42,469 nucleotides of DNA from a virus (taxonomy: Duplodnaviria > Heunggongvirae > Uroviricota > Caudoviricetes), in IMG/VR virus record IMGVR_UViG_2541047705_000011; one strand, given 5' to 3'. The notes under the pieces were generated by a model. The model worked only from the letters and a program-made list of their open reading frames with translations. It was not told the origin of the DNA and did no database searches. The translations under genes and the position numbers were made by a program. Positions 25,334 through 33,184 of the stretch are shown piece after piece. The first letter of the stretch is position 1. Every line of letters starts with the position of its first letter.

Positions 25334-27009
25334 TGTGATAGCCCACCCTGACCACTAACTGCATTCGCCATAGCTGACAACACACTCGGATCCGAAGTTT
25401 TAGCTTCGCTTAGCGTCTTGGCCCCCTGTGCCGCCGCCATCCCCATCGCCATCATTTGTTGCTGCTGTTGTTGCTGTGCCCGTTGCTGGCGAGCCTGCTC
25501 AACCTGTTCCTGCGGAACAATGACGGTTGGAGACACTCCGGACATATCAGCGAATGCATCGATCGCCTGATCAACGTTGAGTTTGTCGAGAGCTTCTGGT
25601 TTCGCTTGCGCAAGTTGACCAATGAAGTTAACCGTGGACGCCAGACTGGACAGGCCGATAGACTTCTGCGCCTGAGCCATGACGGAAATGTATTCGACCT
25701 TCAGGGGCATACCTTCCATCGCGTCAGGCGGTGGCGGCAGCATGTTTTTACGCACCATCATCGAGAAAGCGCGGTCAATGAGAGGATTAAGACATTCGTC
25801 GTTCAGACGCTCCAGAACCGGCCCCAACATCAGAAGTTTTTCTTCTTTCATTTCGATCACCGCTTCAACAGGCATCGAGCGGGTATTGATGTTCTGCAAC
25901 ATCATGAACAGATCGACAAAGTAGGCGCTGTTAATGATTTGACGGGTGTCCTGAATGTCTGCCACCAAATCTGCTGTACTGGGGTTAACCAGATAAGCAG
26001 GCCTGAAACCATCCTGACCAGTAATCTGATCGATATACGTGATGTCGCCAGGAAGAAGGGAGGCACGCTGATTCTTGAGGGAAGTCGGAGCAACCATCGG
26101 CGGATTGGTGGCTTTATCAATCAACTGCGACTTGCGCTTCTGGAGAAGCTGCAATGCCTTAACAGGTCCAAGCGCCAGCATACCCGGGCATGATGATCCA
26201 TAAACATCTTCGCCGTTAACTTCCCAGCGCGGAGCCATAATTGGAAACTCATCGAATCCGGACTCACGCAACAACTTGTCGTTATCGCCACCAACCTCGT
26301 AATAAACCGATTTGAATGGCTTGTTCTTGCTATCCAGCTTCGATGTATCGCGGTCAATGTTCGGGTAAACCGAATGCATCACTTCAATCCACTTCTCGTA
26401 GGTGCCGCTTTCCCACATGCTTTTTACGGATTCGCTGACGTTATTTAGTCCGAACTCCTGAACAAGCTGACGAACAGTCATAGAGAACTTGCGAAAACAG
26501 GTGTCCACACTGCCACGAGGTGAGTTAGCCAGGTAGTAACTTCCTATCGGGAATGGCATTGTACGAATGATGTCCTCGTCATCCTCCAGCACCGCCATTG
26601 CGCCAGTGCTGTATGTGCCGAGGCTTCCGTATAACTGCGGCAGCGACTGATAGAGATTCGACTTATTGAACATATCGTTCATGCGGTTCTGCACCGCCTC
26701 AAGCCACAACTTAACAGGGCCATAATCCATCATTTCAGGATCTGGCGTAGCCAGGCGAAACCACGGACGCGCGGGGCTTGTGATGCCTGACATCATGCCG
26801 CTGGCGAGAGTGCGCGCCGCCATAGTCCCGGTCGAATCAATAATGCGTGTATTGCGTCGATCGTTACGGTTGACCTCAGAAGTCAGAAAGCGGGAACCAC
26901 GCGGGTTGATGTAATCACTCAACTCGCGCCAGTGCGGCTCGAACGACTGACGCTCGCTTTCAAGTTGTGCGAACTGTTTGTTCAATCGCTCTTTAGTTGT
27001 TTCCGCCAT
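25330..27009 (-). CDS. Portal protein
   Basis: 559 aa; Gln-rich C-terminal tail (QQRAQQQQQQQMMAMGMAAAQ) like podovirus portals; RBS GGAG. Confidence 0.75.
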   Translation of the reverse strand: MAETTKERLNKQFAQLESERQSFEPHWRELSDYINPRGSRFLTSEVNRNDRRNTRIIDSTGTMAARTLASGMMSGITSPARPWFRLATPDPEMMDYGPVKLWLEAVQNRMNDMFNKSNLYQSLPQLYGSLGTYSTGAMAVLEDDEDIIRTMPFPIGSYYLANSPRGSVDTCFRKFSMTVRQLVQEFGLNNVSESVKSMWESGTYEKWIEVMHSVYPNIDRDTSKLDSKNKPFKSVYYEVGGDNDKLLRESGFDEFPIMAPRWEVNGEDVYGSSCPGMLALGPVKALQLLQKRKSQLIDKATNPPMVAPTSLKNQRASLLPGDITYIDQITGQDGFRPAYLVNPSTADLVADIQDTRQIINSAYFVDLFMMLQNINTRSMPVEAVIEMKEEKLLMLGPVLERLNDECLNPLIDRAFSMMVRKNMLPPPPDAMEGMPLKVEYISVMAQAQKSIGLSSLASTVNFIGQLAQAKPEALDKLNVDQAIDAFADMSGVSPTVIVPQEQVEQARQQRAQQQQQQQMMAMGMAAAQGAKTLSEAKTSDPSVLSAMANAVSGQGGLSQ

Positions 27010-27023
27010 TTCAATGACTCCGG

Positions 27024-27230
27024 TTACTGACCAAGCAGTGTTTTACCGCTGGTATTAGCGGTTGATGTGTCGCCCTGAGAACCGGTAAGCAGCGTAGAAC
27101 TACGACCAGCAGCAGCGCGACGGCGACGAGTTTCTTCGTCGCGGGCATCAACAACGGCGGCATCCTGCTCCTGTGGTGCTGCCTGAACTTCTGGTGTTGC
27201 AGGCACTGACGGTGAGCTACCCATGCACAT
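27024..27230 (-). CDS. Small low-complexity protein upstream of portal (68 aa)
   Basis: RBS GGAGTCATTGAT identical in context to the portal RBS. Confidence 0.4.
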   Translation of the reverse strand: MCMGSSPSVPATPEVQAAPQEQDAAVVDARDEETRRRRAAAGRSSTLLTGSQGDTSTANTSGKTLLGQ

Positions 27231-27268
27231 ATCAATGACTCCGTACGCAATTAAATTATTACCAATTT

Positions 27269-27280
27269 AACCACATATGA
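27269..27280 (-). promoter_or_regulatory. Copy of conserved late-unit motif CATATRTGGTT, upstream of portal unit
   Basis: Minus-strand TCATATGTGGTT then N5 and GGTAATA, 39-50 nt upstream of the 27230 start. Confidence 0.35.
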
Positions 27281-27298
27281 TTTATTTATCGTAGATAG

Positions 27299-27327
27299 TT
27301 GACATTTAACGCACAAATTATTACCTT
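27299..27327 (+). promoter_or_regulatory. Sigma70-like promoter directed toward tRNA-Arg
   Basis: -35 TTGACA, 17-bp spacer, -10 TACCTT, overlapped by an operator-like palindrome. Confidence 0.5.
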
Positions 27328-27336
27328 TCAGGTAAG
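27320..27336. promoter_or_regulatory. Operator-like palindrome ATTACC-TTTCA-GGTAAG
   Basis: 11/12 arm match; overlaps the -10 of the promoter above. Confidence 0.55.
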
Positions 27337-27657
27337 CAAAGGGTTCATTCCGGTTATTAACCTGACTGGCTTGTCGTTAAATTGAACAGGTGGAGTGAGC
27401 TTTTATTTTGAGCAGTACGGCGTATGGCACATGCGCCGATAGCGGTCTGGATACGTTTAAGGGGCACCCTCCCTTGCTCGGGCAAACGAACCAGGTAGCC
27501 GGAATGTGCAAGTCGAGCGGTTTTATTCCGCGCACGGGGATTCACCATCCCGGCGATTCGGTGTGACGCCTCGGAAGAGACGAGGGTACAACGATGAGAG
27601 CATTTATGGAGCCGCGACAAAGTGTGGCGCCTTAACAGGCTAAGTGCTCTCAGCGTT

Positions 27658-27734
27658 GTGGCATTAGCTCAGTCGGACAGAGCAACCGCCTTCTAAGCGG
27701 TTGGTCGCAGGTTCGAATCCTGCATGCCACGCCA
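27658..27734 (+). tRNA. Phage-encoded tRNA-Arg (anticodon UCU)
   Basis: 77-nt cloverleaf: acceptor GTGGCAT/ATGCCAC, D-stem GCTC/GAGC, anticodon stem ACCGC/GCGGT with loop CTTCTAA, T-arm GCAGG-TTCGAAT-CCTGC, discriminator G, encoded CCA. Confidence 0.9.
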
Positions 27735-27777
27735 GAATCACGCCTAAGGACCGTGATGCCAGAAGTTCCAGGGGCTT

Positions 27778-27819
27778 GGCGGTGATGGTTTCCCTTGAAG
27801 GACTATCACCGCCCTTTTT
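27778..27819 (+). terminator. Terminator after tRNA
   Basis: 9-bp stem GGCGGTGAT/ATCACCGCC with 18-nt loop, then CTTTTT. Confidence 0.55.
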
Positions 27820-27897
27820 ACAGCAGGACGCCATTGCGATGACTTCATGCTGTAAACCAGTACAGCCACGGAAGGCATAACTCATTGCTTCCAGTTC

Positions 27898-27921
27898 GCC
27901 CGGTTCGCCGGGCATTTTTTT
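27898..27921 (+). terminator. Strong hairpin plus T7 immediately upstream of moron RBS (terminator or attenuator)
   Basis: GCCCGG-TTCG-CCGGGC, A, then TTTTTTT; RBS AAGGTGAG begins at the next base. Confidence 0.6.
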
Positions 27922-27932
27922 AAGGTGAGATC

Positions 27933-28352
27933 ATGAAAACAATTGATATGTTGGCTAAGTATCTAAATGAATGGCCATTAAAATATTCTCGTATCGTTCA
28001 GGCTGAAGACTGCGTTTTTTATGGCGTTTTTGCTGGTAATGAAATGCATTACGAAGTAATTCAGAGTGAGGGACTGGCCGGGTTAACTCTTAGCGAAGAC
28101 CATGGTACTAGCGTTACGTTCCATGACTGGATAACAGCACAACGTTCTGAAATGGAAAAAGGCGATGTGTTTGATATTTCTCGCGCTGTTTACGCTAAAG
28201 CAAAAAGTGATAATGATTACATGAGCGAACACTTATACAACATGAAGTTACAATGCCTGCATGCGGCGCTTATTCAGAATGGGTACTTCGATAAAACAAG
28301 TGCCATCAATATTGCGGAAGCCATCAACACTGGATTTAATGCCATTAAGTAA
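27933..28352 (+). CDS. Hypothetical moron protein (139 aa), no recognisable family
   Basis: ORF track; only plus-strand gene inside the minus-strand late region; RBS AAGGTGAG; terminator downstream. Confidence 0.6.
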   Translation: MKTIDMLAKYLNEWPLKYSRIVQAEDCVFYGVFAGNEMHYEVIQSEGLAGLTLSEDHGTSVTFHDWITAQRSEMEKGDVFDISRAVYAKAKSDNDYMSEHLYNMKLQCLHAALIQNGYFDKTSAINIAEAINTGFNAIK

Positions 28353-28356
28353 CACC

Positions 28357-28368
28357 GTGACATGTCAC
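28357..28368. repeat. Perfect 12-bp palindrome GTGACATGTCAC (copy 2 of 3)
   Basis: 5 nt after moron stop codon, before its terminator. Confidence 0.8.
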
Positions 28369-28372
28369 AAAC

Positions 28373-28399
28373 AGCCAGCCGATGAGCTGGCTTTGTTTT
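28373..28399 (+). terminator. Rho-independent terminator for moron gene
   Basis: AGCCAGC-loop-GCTGGCT then TTGTTTT. Confidence 0.65.
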
Positions 28400-28442
28400 A
28401 TCCTCATCAGAGGATATCAACGACATTATCCCCACCAGCGGA

Positions 28443-29918
28443 TTAAGCATAGGGATCGTAATCTGTGATGGCCTTGCCTTGCTGGTTCTGCTGCCCGGGA
28501 ATTCGCAGACGCTTCGACACAGGGAACGCAAACGTCAGCAGTAGCGCATCGCCTTTACCCGGCGAACGCCCAAGCCGCTCCTTGATATCCTCCTTCGGTT
28601 CGATAACGATTTTACCGTCCACGCGAACTTTGTACTCTGCCGCCGACAGGTCGTCTGCAGTTTCCTGGTCATCCAGCATGCCGCCCAGCCTCAGCCATGT
28701 CTTACATGAGTTGAACATCTCCCCACGCTTGTTAAGCATCTGCGGGTCAGTGGACGCACCGCCGAACGGAACAAGTTGCCATGTGCGCCCCCAGCCGTCA
28801 CCGATTGACTTCAGACCAGTTCCGTAACCGAAGTCGATGAACACTGCGTCAGCCTGGTACTGGTCTTCAAAGTCAGCGATACGCTTCGCCATAATCAGAT
28901 CGTCAGTGGTCTTGTTGCCAGTCCATAGCACCTTACTGTGCAGCCCCTGCCGCAGGTATATCACAGCGTCATCAACGCCGGAGTACGCCGGGTCAACGCC
29001 GATTATCACCGGAGCATGTGCAACCTGCGCAGCGGTTACCACCCGTTTCATTGCCTCGTCAGTAAGACCGGTAGGGATAAACTGCAATTCAGATGCATCA
29101 GGGAATATGCCGCGCACACGGATTTTAACGAAGTCGCTGTCTTCCCCGTAGTCATCAACCCATTTCTGCAACTGCTGTTTGTTAGTGCCTTCCACCGTCC
29201 GGCTGTCAATCTGCGCACACTTCCAGCGGTGTTTGTACTTGCGGAAACATTCACGGAAACGCCCGGTGTTACGCGTCGGGTTCCCGAACGCCACCCAGAT
29301 GATTTCGGTGTCTTCGTCCGTAAGCGCACCCTCAGCAACTTCCCACACCAGATCCGCAATGTTCGACGCTTCATCGAATACCACGATGATGCGTTTGCGC
29401 TCGTTGTGTAGTCCGGCGAATGCCTCAGTGTTGTGCTCAGACCAGGGGATTGCGTCAGCTCGCCACCGCTTGTCGTGCCCAGGATCATTGCTGTACATCG
29501 CAGTAGCGGTACAGGTAAACCAGTCTTTCGTGATAGCAAGGTTCGACCACTTGATAATTTCCGGCCAGGTCTTCGTTCGTAGCTGGTTGTCGGTGTTGGC
29601 GGTCACCACGACCTTACAATCCTCGCAAGTGGACATGCCCCAGTTGATCAGCATTGAGATGAATGCGGATTTACCAATACCGTGACCAGAAGCGCGTGCC
29701 AGCATAAGCGGCTGATAGCGCGTCTCTGGATTCTGCAGGTGATCACGTATCTCTCGGAACGCATCAGCCTGCCACTGACGTGGGCCGGTAGCATGTGCCA
29801 GTTCAGTACCCTCTTCCCCCCACGGGAACGCATAGAGGGCATAGCCAAGCGGATCGTGAGTGAACCCTGCAATATCCTCGATTAACTGCTCTTCAGGAGA
29901 TAACGCTGTATCTGTCAC
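28443..29918 (-). CDS. Terminase large subunit
   Basis: 491 aa; Walker A ASGHGIGKS near N-terminus; nuclease-type C-terminal half; follows small subunit. Confidence 0.85.
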   Translation of the reverse strand: MTDTALSPEEQLIEDIAGFTHDPLGYALYAFPWGEEGTELAHATGPRQWQADAFREIRDHLQNPETRYQPLMLARASGHGIGKSAFISMLINWGMSTCEDCKVVVTANTDNQLRTKTWPEIIKWSNLAITKDWFTCTATAMYSNDPGHDKRWRADAIPWSEHNTEAFAGLHNERKRIIVVFDEASNIADLVWEVAEGALTDEDTEIIWVAFGNPTRNTGRFRECFRKYKHRWKCAQIDSRTVEGTNKQQLQKWVDDYGEDSDFVKIRVRGIFPDASELQFIPTGLTDEAMKRVVTAAQVAHAPVIIGVDPAYSGVDDAVIYLRQGLHSKVLWTGNKTTDDLIMAKRIADFEDQYQADAVFIDFGYGTGLKSIGDGWGRTWQLVPFGGASTDPQMLNKRGEMFNSCKTWLRLGGMLDDQETADDLSAAEYKVRVDGKIVIEPKEDIKERLGRSPGKGDALLLTFAFPVSKRLRIPGQQNQQGKAITDYDPYA

Positions 29919-30511
29919 TGATTGCCATCCTGACGTTCTTTCAGTCTCTTCCTGGCTGCCGCTATGCGATCAGCAATTGTCACATTCACATTAACATCCA
30001 GGCGTTCTTTGAATGCGTTGACGTCGACGTGCTTACCAATCAGTTCGAGGTTCTTCACCTTGTCAGGCCATTTAATTTTTTTGAGGATTGTCTCTATCGA
30101 ATCCTCGTTCATGTTCATGATGGTCGATGACAGATCAAAGCCGCTAAGCGTAGTGCGCCAGATTTTCGGCCACTCTCGGATTGGCTTAAGGCTACCATCG
30201 TCGTTGAGGATGTCGATCACGTCCATCTGGTCGATCTCCACCAGGCGCATGAGAACGTAATCAGCACTGACGCGCATTCGTTTGTTGCGCTCCTCCATCA
30301 ACTCGGCAATCCGTTTCTGAATGCGTTCATCGCGCATCATGACACTGGCTTTAACTGCCGCTGTATTTGGGGAGAATCCTGCATTAATCGCTGCCTGAGT
30401 CTGGTTTTCAGGCGTTTTGATGTATGACTGGCAATAAGCCTCCTGCATTGCTGTTAGTGGCTTAAATTGCGTTGATTTGCGTTTATAGGTTTTAGGTTCA
30501 GCAGGCATCAT
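29915..30511 (-). CDS. Terminase small subunit
   Basis: Start trimmed to ATG 30511 (MMPAEPKTYKRK); track ORF starts at TTG 30589 with no RBS; overlaps large-subunit start. Confidence 0.65.
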   Translation of the reverse strand: MMPAEPKTYKRKSTQFKPLTAMQEAYCQSYIKTPENQTQAAINAGFSPNTAAVKASVMMRDERIQKRIAELMEERNKRMRVSADYVLMRLVEIDQMDVIDILNDDGSLKPIREWPKIWRTTLSGFDLSSTIMNMNEDSIETILKKIKWPDKVKNLELIGKHVDVNAFKERLDVNVNVTIADRIAAARKRLKERQDGNQ

Positions 30512-30518
30512 AACCACC

Positions 30519-30547
30519 GTGGTAATAGTTACCGTTGTGGTAATAGT
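30519..30547 (-). repeat. Direct repeats GTGGTAATAGT x2 (18-bp period) upstream of terminase small subunit
   Basis: Copies at 30519-30529 and 30537-30547; contain the GGTAAT half-site; lie between an upstream terminator and the TerS start. Confidence 0.5.
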
Positions 30548-30553
30548 ACCATG

Positions 30554-30580
30554 CAAAATAAAGCCGCCATAGTTGGCGGC
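30554..30580 (-). terminator. Rho-independent terminator preceding the late operon
   Basis: GCCGCCA-ACTA-TGGCGGC then TTTATTTTG on minus strand, just after the 30586 stop. Confidence 0.6.
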
Positions 30581-30585
30581 AGTAT

Positions 30586-30798
30586 TCAAAGTCCATCAAA
30601 TTCATCGTAAAAACTCTCGTCAAGATACCCTTCCCATTTACCGCGAATGAAAATTACATCCTCGCCGCAAGGGTGCTGACTGTCGATAACTATATCCCTC
30701 CTGACGCAACCATACTTATGCATGAGAAATTTAACCTCTTTCGGAAAATTTGCTGAGTTATCTCTCATATCTTCAAGGTCGTAGCGTATTTTTGGCAT
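30586..30798 (-). CDS. Hypothetical small protein (70 aa)
   Basis: Start trimmed to ATG 30798 with RBS GAAGGTG; the track start at 30819 is the ATG inside the palindrome. Confidence 0.45.
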   Translation of the reverse strand: MPKIRYDLEDMRDNSANFPKEVKFLMHKYGCVRRDIVIDSQHPCGEDVIFIRGKWEGYLDESFYDEFDGL

Positions 30799-30807
30799 AA
30801 CACCTTC

Positions 30808-30819
30808 GTGACATGTCAC
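30808..30819. repeat. Perfect 12-bp palindrome GTGACATGTCAC (copy 3 of 3)
   Basis: Overlaps stop codon of the 30816-31157 gene. Confidence 0.8.
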
Positions 30820-31157
30820 ACTATTAATTTCGTTTCATGCCAGCCTTTGGTCACCCAGCATTGCGAGTCACCATTACACGGGCATGAATTAACTGGAACT
30901 CTCTCGCCGCACTTACCGCAACGTTTTCTGCTGATCGATTTTATACGCCCGCGCACGCGTGCATCATCCTGGCGGATCAGTAACGCTATATACTCACCAA
31001 ATTCGTAAGGTGCACGCCCGGGGCGACGCGTGGCGCAGTTCCGCTCCAGCATTTCAATTTCCTGAGCATCAAGCACAATTTCCAGCTTACGCACACCAGA
31101 TGCAGCTTGTCTGGCTCTCTGAGCGGCTTTGCGCTCTGCTGCTGATTTAGCCATCAA
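30816..31157 (-). CDS. Small basic protein with N-terminal RHH-like segment and C-terminal Cys cluster (zinc-ribbon-like)
   Basis: 113 aa; AERKAAQRARQAASGVRKLEIVLDAQEIEMLE then CGKCGERVPVNSCPCNGDSQC. Confidence 0.5.
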   Translation of the reverse strand: MMAKSAAERKAAQRARQAASGVRKLEIVLDAQEIEMLERNCATRRPGRAPYEFGEYIALLIRQDDARVRGRIKSISRKRCGKCGERVPVNSCPCNGDSQCWVTKGWHETKLIV

Positions 31158-31428
31158 TATTCACCTTTATCGCGAACACCTTTACCGGTTTATCTCCGAA
31201 GTGCGGATGTGTGATTGTCTTGATTTCATATCCACCATACGGAACATCAATTCTGCGGCTGGAATCGTCGCGCTTCGGATATCCCTTCGTGATAATCAGG
31301 CGGTCATACTCGCGGAACATAATTCGCTTATTCCAGTAGTCATTACACAGGCGATACTCTTCCGTTTTCTCTCCGCGAATCATGGCATCGAAGTATTCAC
31401 CTTTGACGGCAAGTTGCAGGTTAGCCAC
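31147..31428 (-). CDS. DUF3850/ASCH-like small protein
   Basis: 93 aa; family assignment recalled from sequence pattern, not searched. Confidence 0.45.
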   Translation of the reverse strand: MANLQLAVKGEYFDAMIRGEKTEEYRLCNDYWNKRIMFREYDRLIITKGYPKRDDSSRRIDVPYGGYEIKTITHPHFGDKPVKVFAIKVNIDG

Positions 31429-31705
31429 GACCTTCCTCCTTTGGCTTGTGAATTTGTATCGTCATGCCGCTTTGAGTGGTGACTACAACGACAGAACCAG
31501 GCTTAAGGCTGTTAAGATTGAATGCTTCGTAAAACGAATCCAAGGCCAGCGCTTTTTTATTCTTCCGGTTCCACCAACGCCATCCCTTGCTACAGGCTAC
31601 ACTGACAATCCACTGTCCACTCCTGTAAGCCATATAAAACCAGATGAGCAAAACCTGAAGGAATGCTATCCAGTAAATAATCGTATATTTAGCGAAGGAG
31701 TCCAT
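31421..31705 (-). CDS. Small membrane protein (94 aa)
   Basis: Start trimmed to ATG 31705 (MDSFAKYTIIYWIAFLQVLLIWFYMAY); ATGA overlap with upstream stop. Confidence 0.5.
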   Translation of the reverse strand: MDSFAKYTIIYWIAFLQVLLIWFYMAYRSGQWIVSVACSKGWRWWNRKNKKALALDSFYEAFNLNSLKPGSVVVVTTQSGMTIQIHKPKEEGRG

Positions 31706-32592
31706 CACTTCACCTCCTGCGGCGGTTCTGGTAGCGGCATCCAGAACAAGGCGTTCCCTAACCACGATAAAGTGCCGTCGCTCAACTCCACGTATTCCCC
31801 TTGTACCTGTCCTGCCATATACTCGCCGTGCTTTGAATAAATTAAAATCCAATCATCTTGAGGGGGCATTCGCTCACTACAGCTTATCCAACCATCCGGA
31901 GTTACCGGATAGTTGCCAGCCAGTCTACACAAAACAGTCTTAACCGCCTCAATACGGTCATCATCGCAACTTTCCAGCGTATCTATGCGATCGAGCATGA
32001 TGATGGCGTTATCAATATCAGGATTGCCGGTCCACTCATTACCGCGATTGGATTCGGCAGCCTGGTTGCCGCGTACTGGTTGATTCTCGGCTTTACCCTG
32101 TCTGTCGTCGCTGCATGAATGCCCTTCCAGCCAGACCAGTGCTTGTCGCATGAAATACGCAATATGCTTGCCGTGGTAATCGTCTTCATCGATGTGAAAA
32201 GCGATACTGCGGATATATTCAATTGCGTTTTCAATGGCCTCCGGCGTTATCGGAGTTGGTCCATCGAATTCGGGCATGTCAGGACCTTTTCTGATAGCTT
32301 TAGCCAGCTCCAGCGGGTCATCGTAAAGCCAGTCGCCAGTTTGTGGGTGATTTGCTTCTGCAAGCTGCGCAGCCCATTCAAGACCATCTTTTTGACCTTG
32401 GAGATAATCAAGCGGCAACTCTTCATGATTACTTGCAGGTTCTGCACTATCAGCTTCGCGCCGCTTCTGTAGCTCTGCTGCCATCGCTCTCACGACTTCA
32501 ACTGGTGCCCTTGCAGCAAACTCTATGTTGGTGATTAGCTCATTAAGATATTGCTCGCCTGGATACTGTTTCTTATCGGTTATAGTGGTCAT
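31705..32592 (-). CDS. DUF551-like C-terminal domain protein
   Basis: Start trimmed to ATG 32592 (MTTITDKK), adjacent to upstream stop; C-terminus WISCSERMPP..WLGNALFWMPLPEPP. Confidence 0.5.
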   Translation of the reverse strand: MTTITDKKQYPGEQYLNELITNIEFAARAPVEVVRAMAAELQKRREADSAEPASNHEELPLDYLQGQKDGLEWAAQLAEANHPQTGDWLYDDPLELAKAIRKGPDMPEFDGPTPITPEAIENAIEYIRSIAFHIDEDDYHGKHIAYFMRQALVWLEGHSCSDDRQGKAENQPVRGNQAAESNRGNEWTGNPDIDNAIIMLDRIDTLESCDDDRIEAVKTVLCRLAGNYPVTPDGWISCSERMPPQDDWILIYSKHGEYMAGQVQGEYVELSDGTLSWLGNALFWMPLPEPPQEVK

Positions 32593-32593
32593 A

Positions 32594-33184
32594 TCACTCT
32601 CCTTTGATGCGAATGCCAGCGGTGCGTGGCACATTAACTTCCACGATGCGCACAGTTGGTTTGTACATCTCAATCGCTGTCAGCCAGTCAGCGCCAGTCA
32701 TGCGCTTTTCTGCATCGCCATTAGTCCAATTAACCGGTACACCAATAGCCTTCATCGCGATTTCTATTTCCCCGGCAATGGCGCTTTTCCCGCAACCAGT
32801 AAAACCAGATACAACGACCAGAACTTCACCTTTGGCTGGTTTTATTTCCCGCGCTTCCAGTTCTGCTATGCGCTTACTTCCATCCGAGATAACACCTTCG
32901 TAATACTCACGCTGCTCGTTGAGTTTTGATTTTGCTTTCTCAAGCTCAACTCTCAGCTTCCCTACCGTTAGCGCAATTTCCTCGTTCTCCTGGTCGCGGG
33001 ATTTGATGTATTGCTGGTTCCTTTCCAGTTCATCCAGCAGTGCCAGCGCGATATCTGGCGAAAAGTGCTTCATAAAATCGTTAAGCGCATTAATTCGCTG
33101 ATCGAAGGGCATTACAGGTGCTTCACCAGCAATTTTTGTTTTTTCAGCGATTTCACGAAGCTTTTGATAATCAATCTTGCTCAC
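32594..33184 (-). CDS. Hypothetical coiled-coil protein with Walker-A-like GFTGCGKS motif
   Basis: 196 aa; N-terminal coiled coil; C-terminal VVVSGFTGCGKSAIAG. Confidence 0.45.
   Translation of the reverse strand: MSKIDYQKLREIAEKTKIAGEAPVMPFDQRINALNDFMKHFSPDIALALLDELERNQQYIKSRDQENEEIALTVGKLRVELEKAKSKLNEQREYYEGVISDGSKRIAELEAREIKPAKGEVLVVVSGFTGCGKSAIAGEIEIAMKAIGVPVNWTNGDAEKRMTGADWLTAIEMYKPTVRIVEVNVPRTAGIRIKGE

Noticed and set aside
25456-26193. Long antisense ORFs inside virion genes (also 21081-21785, 17373-17990, 33245-33946, 20391-20780)
   Set aside because: Each lies wholly within a longer opposite-strand gene with strong functional signal and operon context, and the antisense products are low-complexity.
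3394-27009. Identification of the element as a P22-like K1 prophage
   Set aside because: The 559-aa portal with a Gln-rich tail, the tail-tubular-like pair, three large internal virion proteins and the T7-type tail-fibre N-terminus do not fit a P22-like module as I recall it; this rests on memory, not a search.
27440-27560. Possible second tRNA or tRNA-like element in the leader upstream of tRNA-Arg
   Set aside because: Local stems exist but I could not build a four-arm cloverleaf with a canonical T-loop or 7-bp acceptor stem.
27664-27915. 83-aa minus-strand ORF
   Set aside because: It runs antisense through the tRNA-Arg gene and both downstream terminator hairpins, with no RBS; best explained as a chance open frame.
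30512-30589. N-terminal extension of the terminase small subunit from a TTG start
   Set aside because: No RBS, and it contains the terminator hairpin and direct repeats; ATG 30511 fits better, though its own SD is weak.
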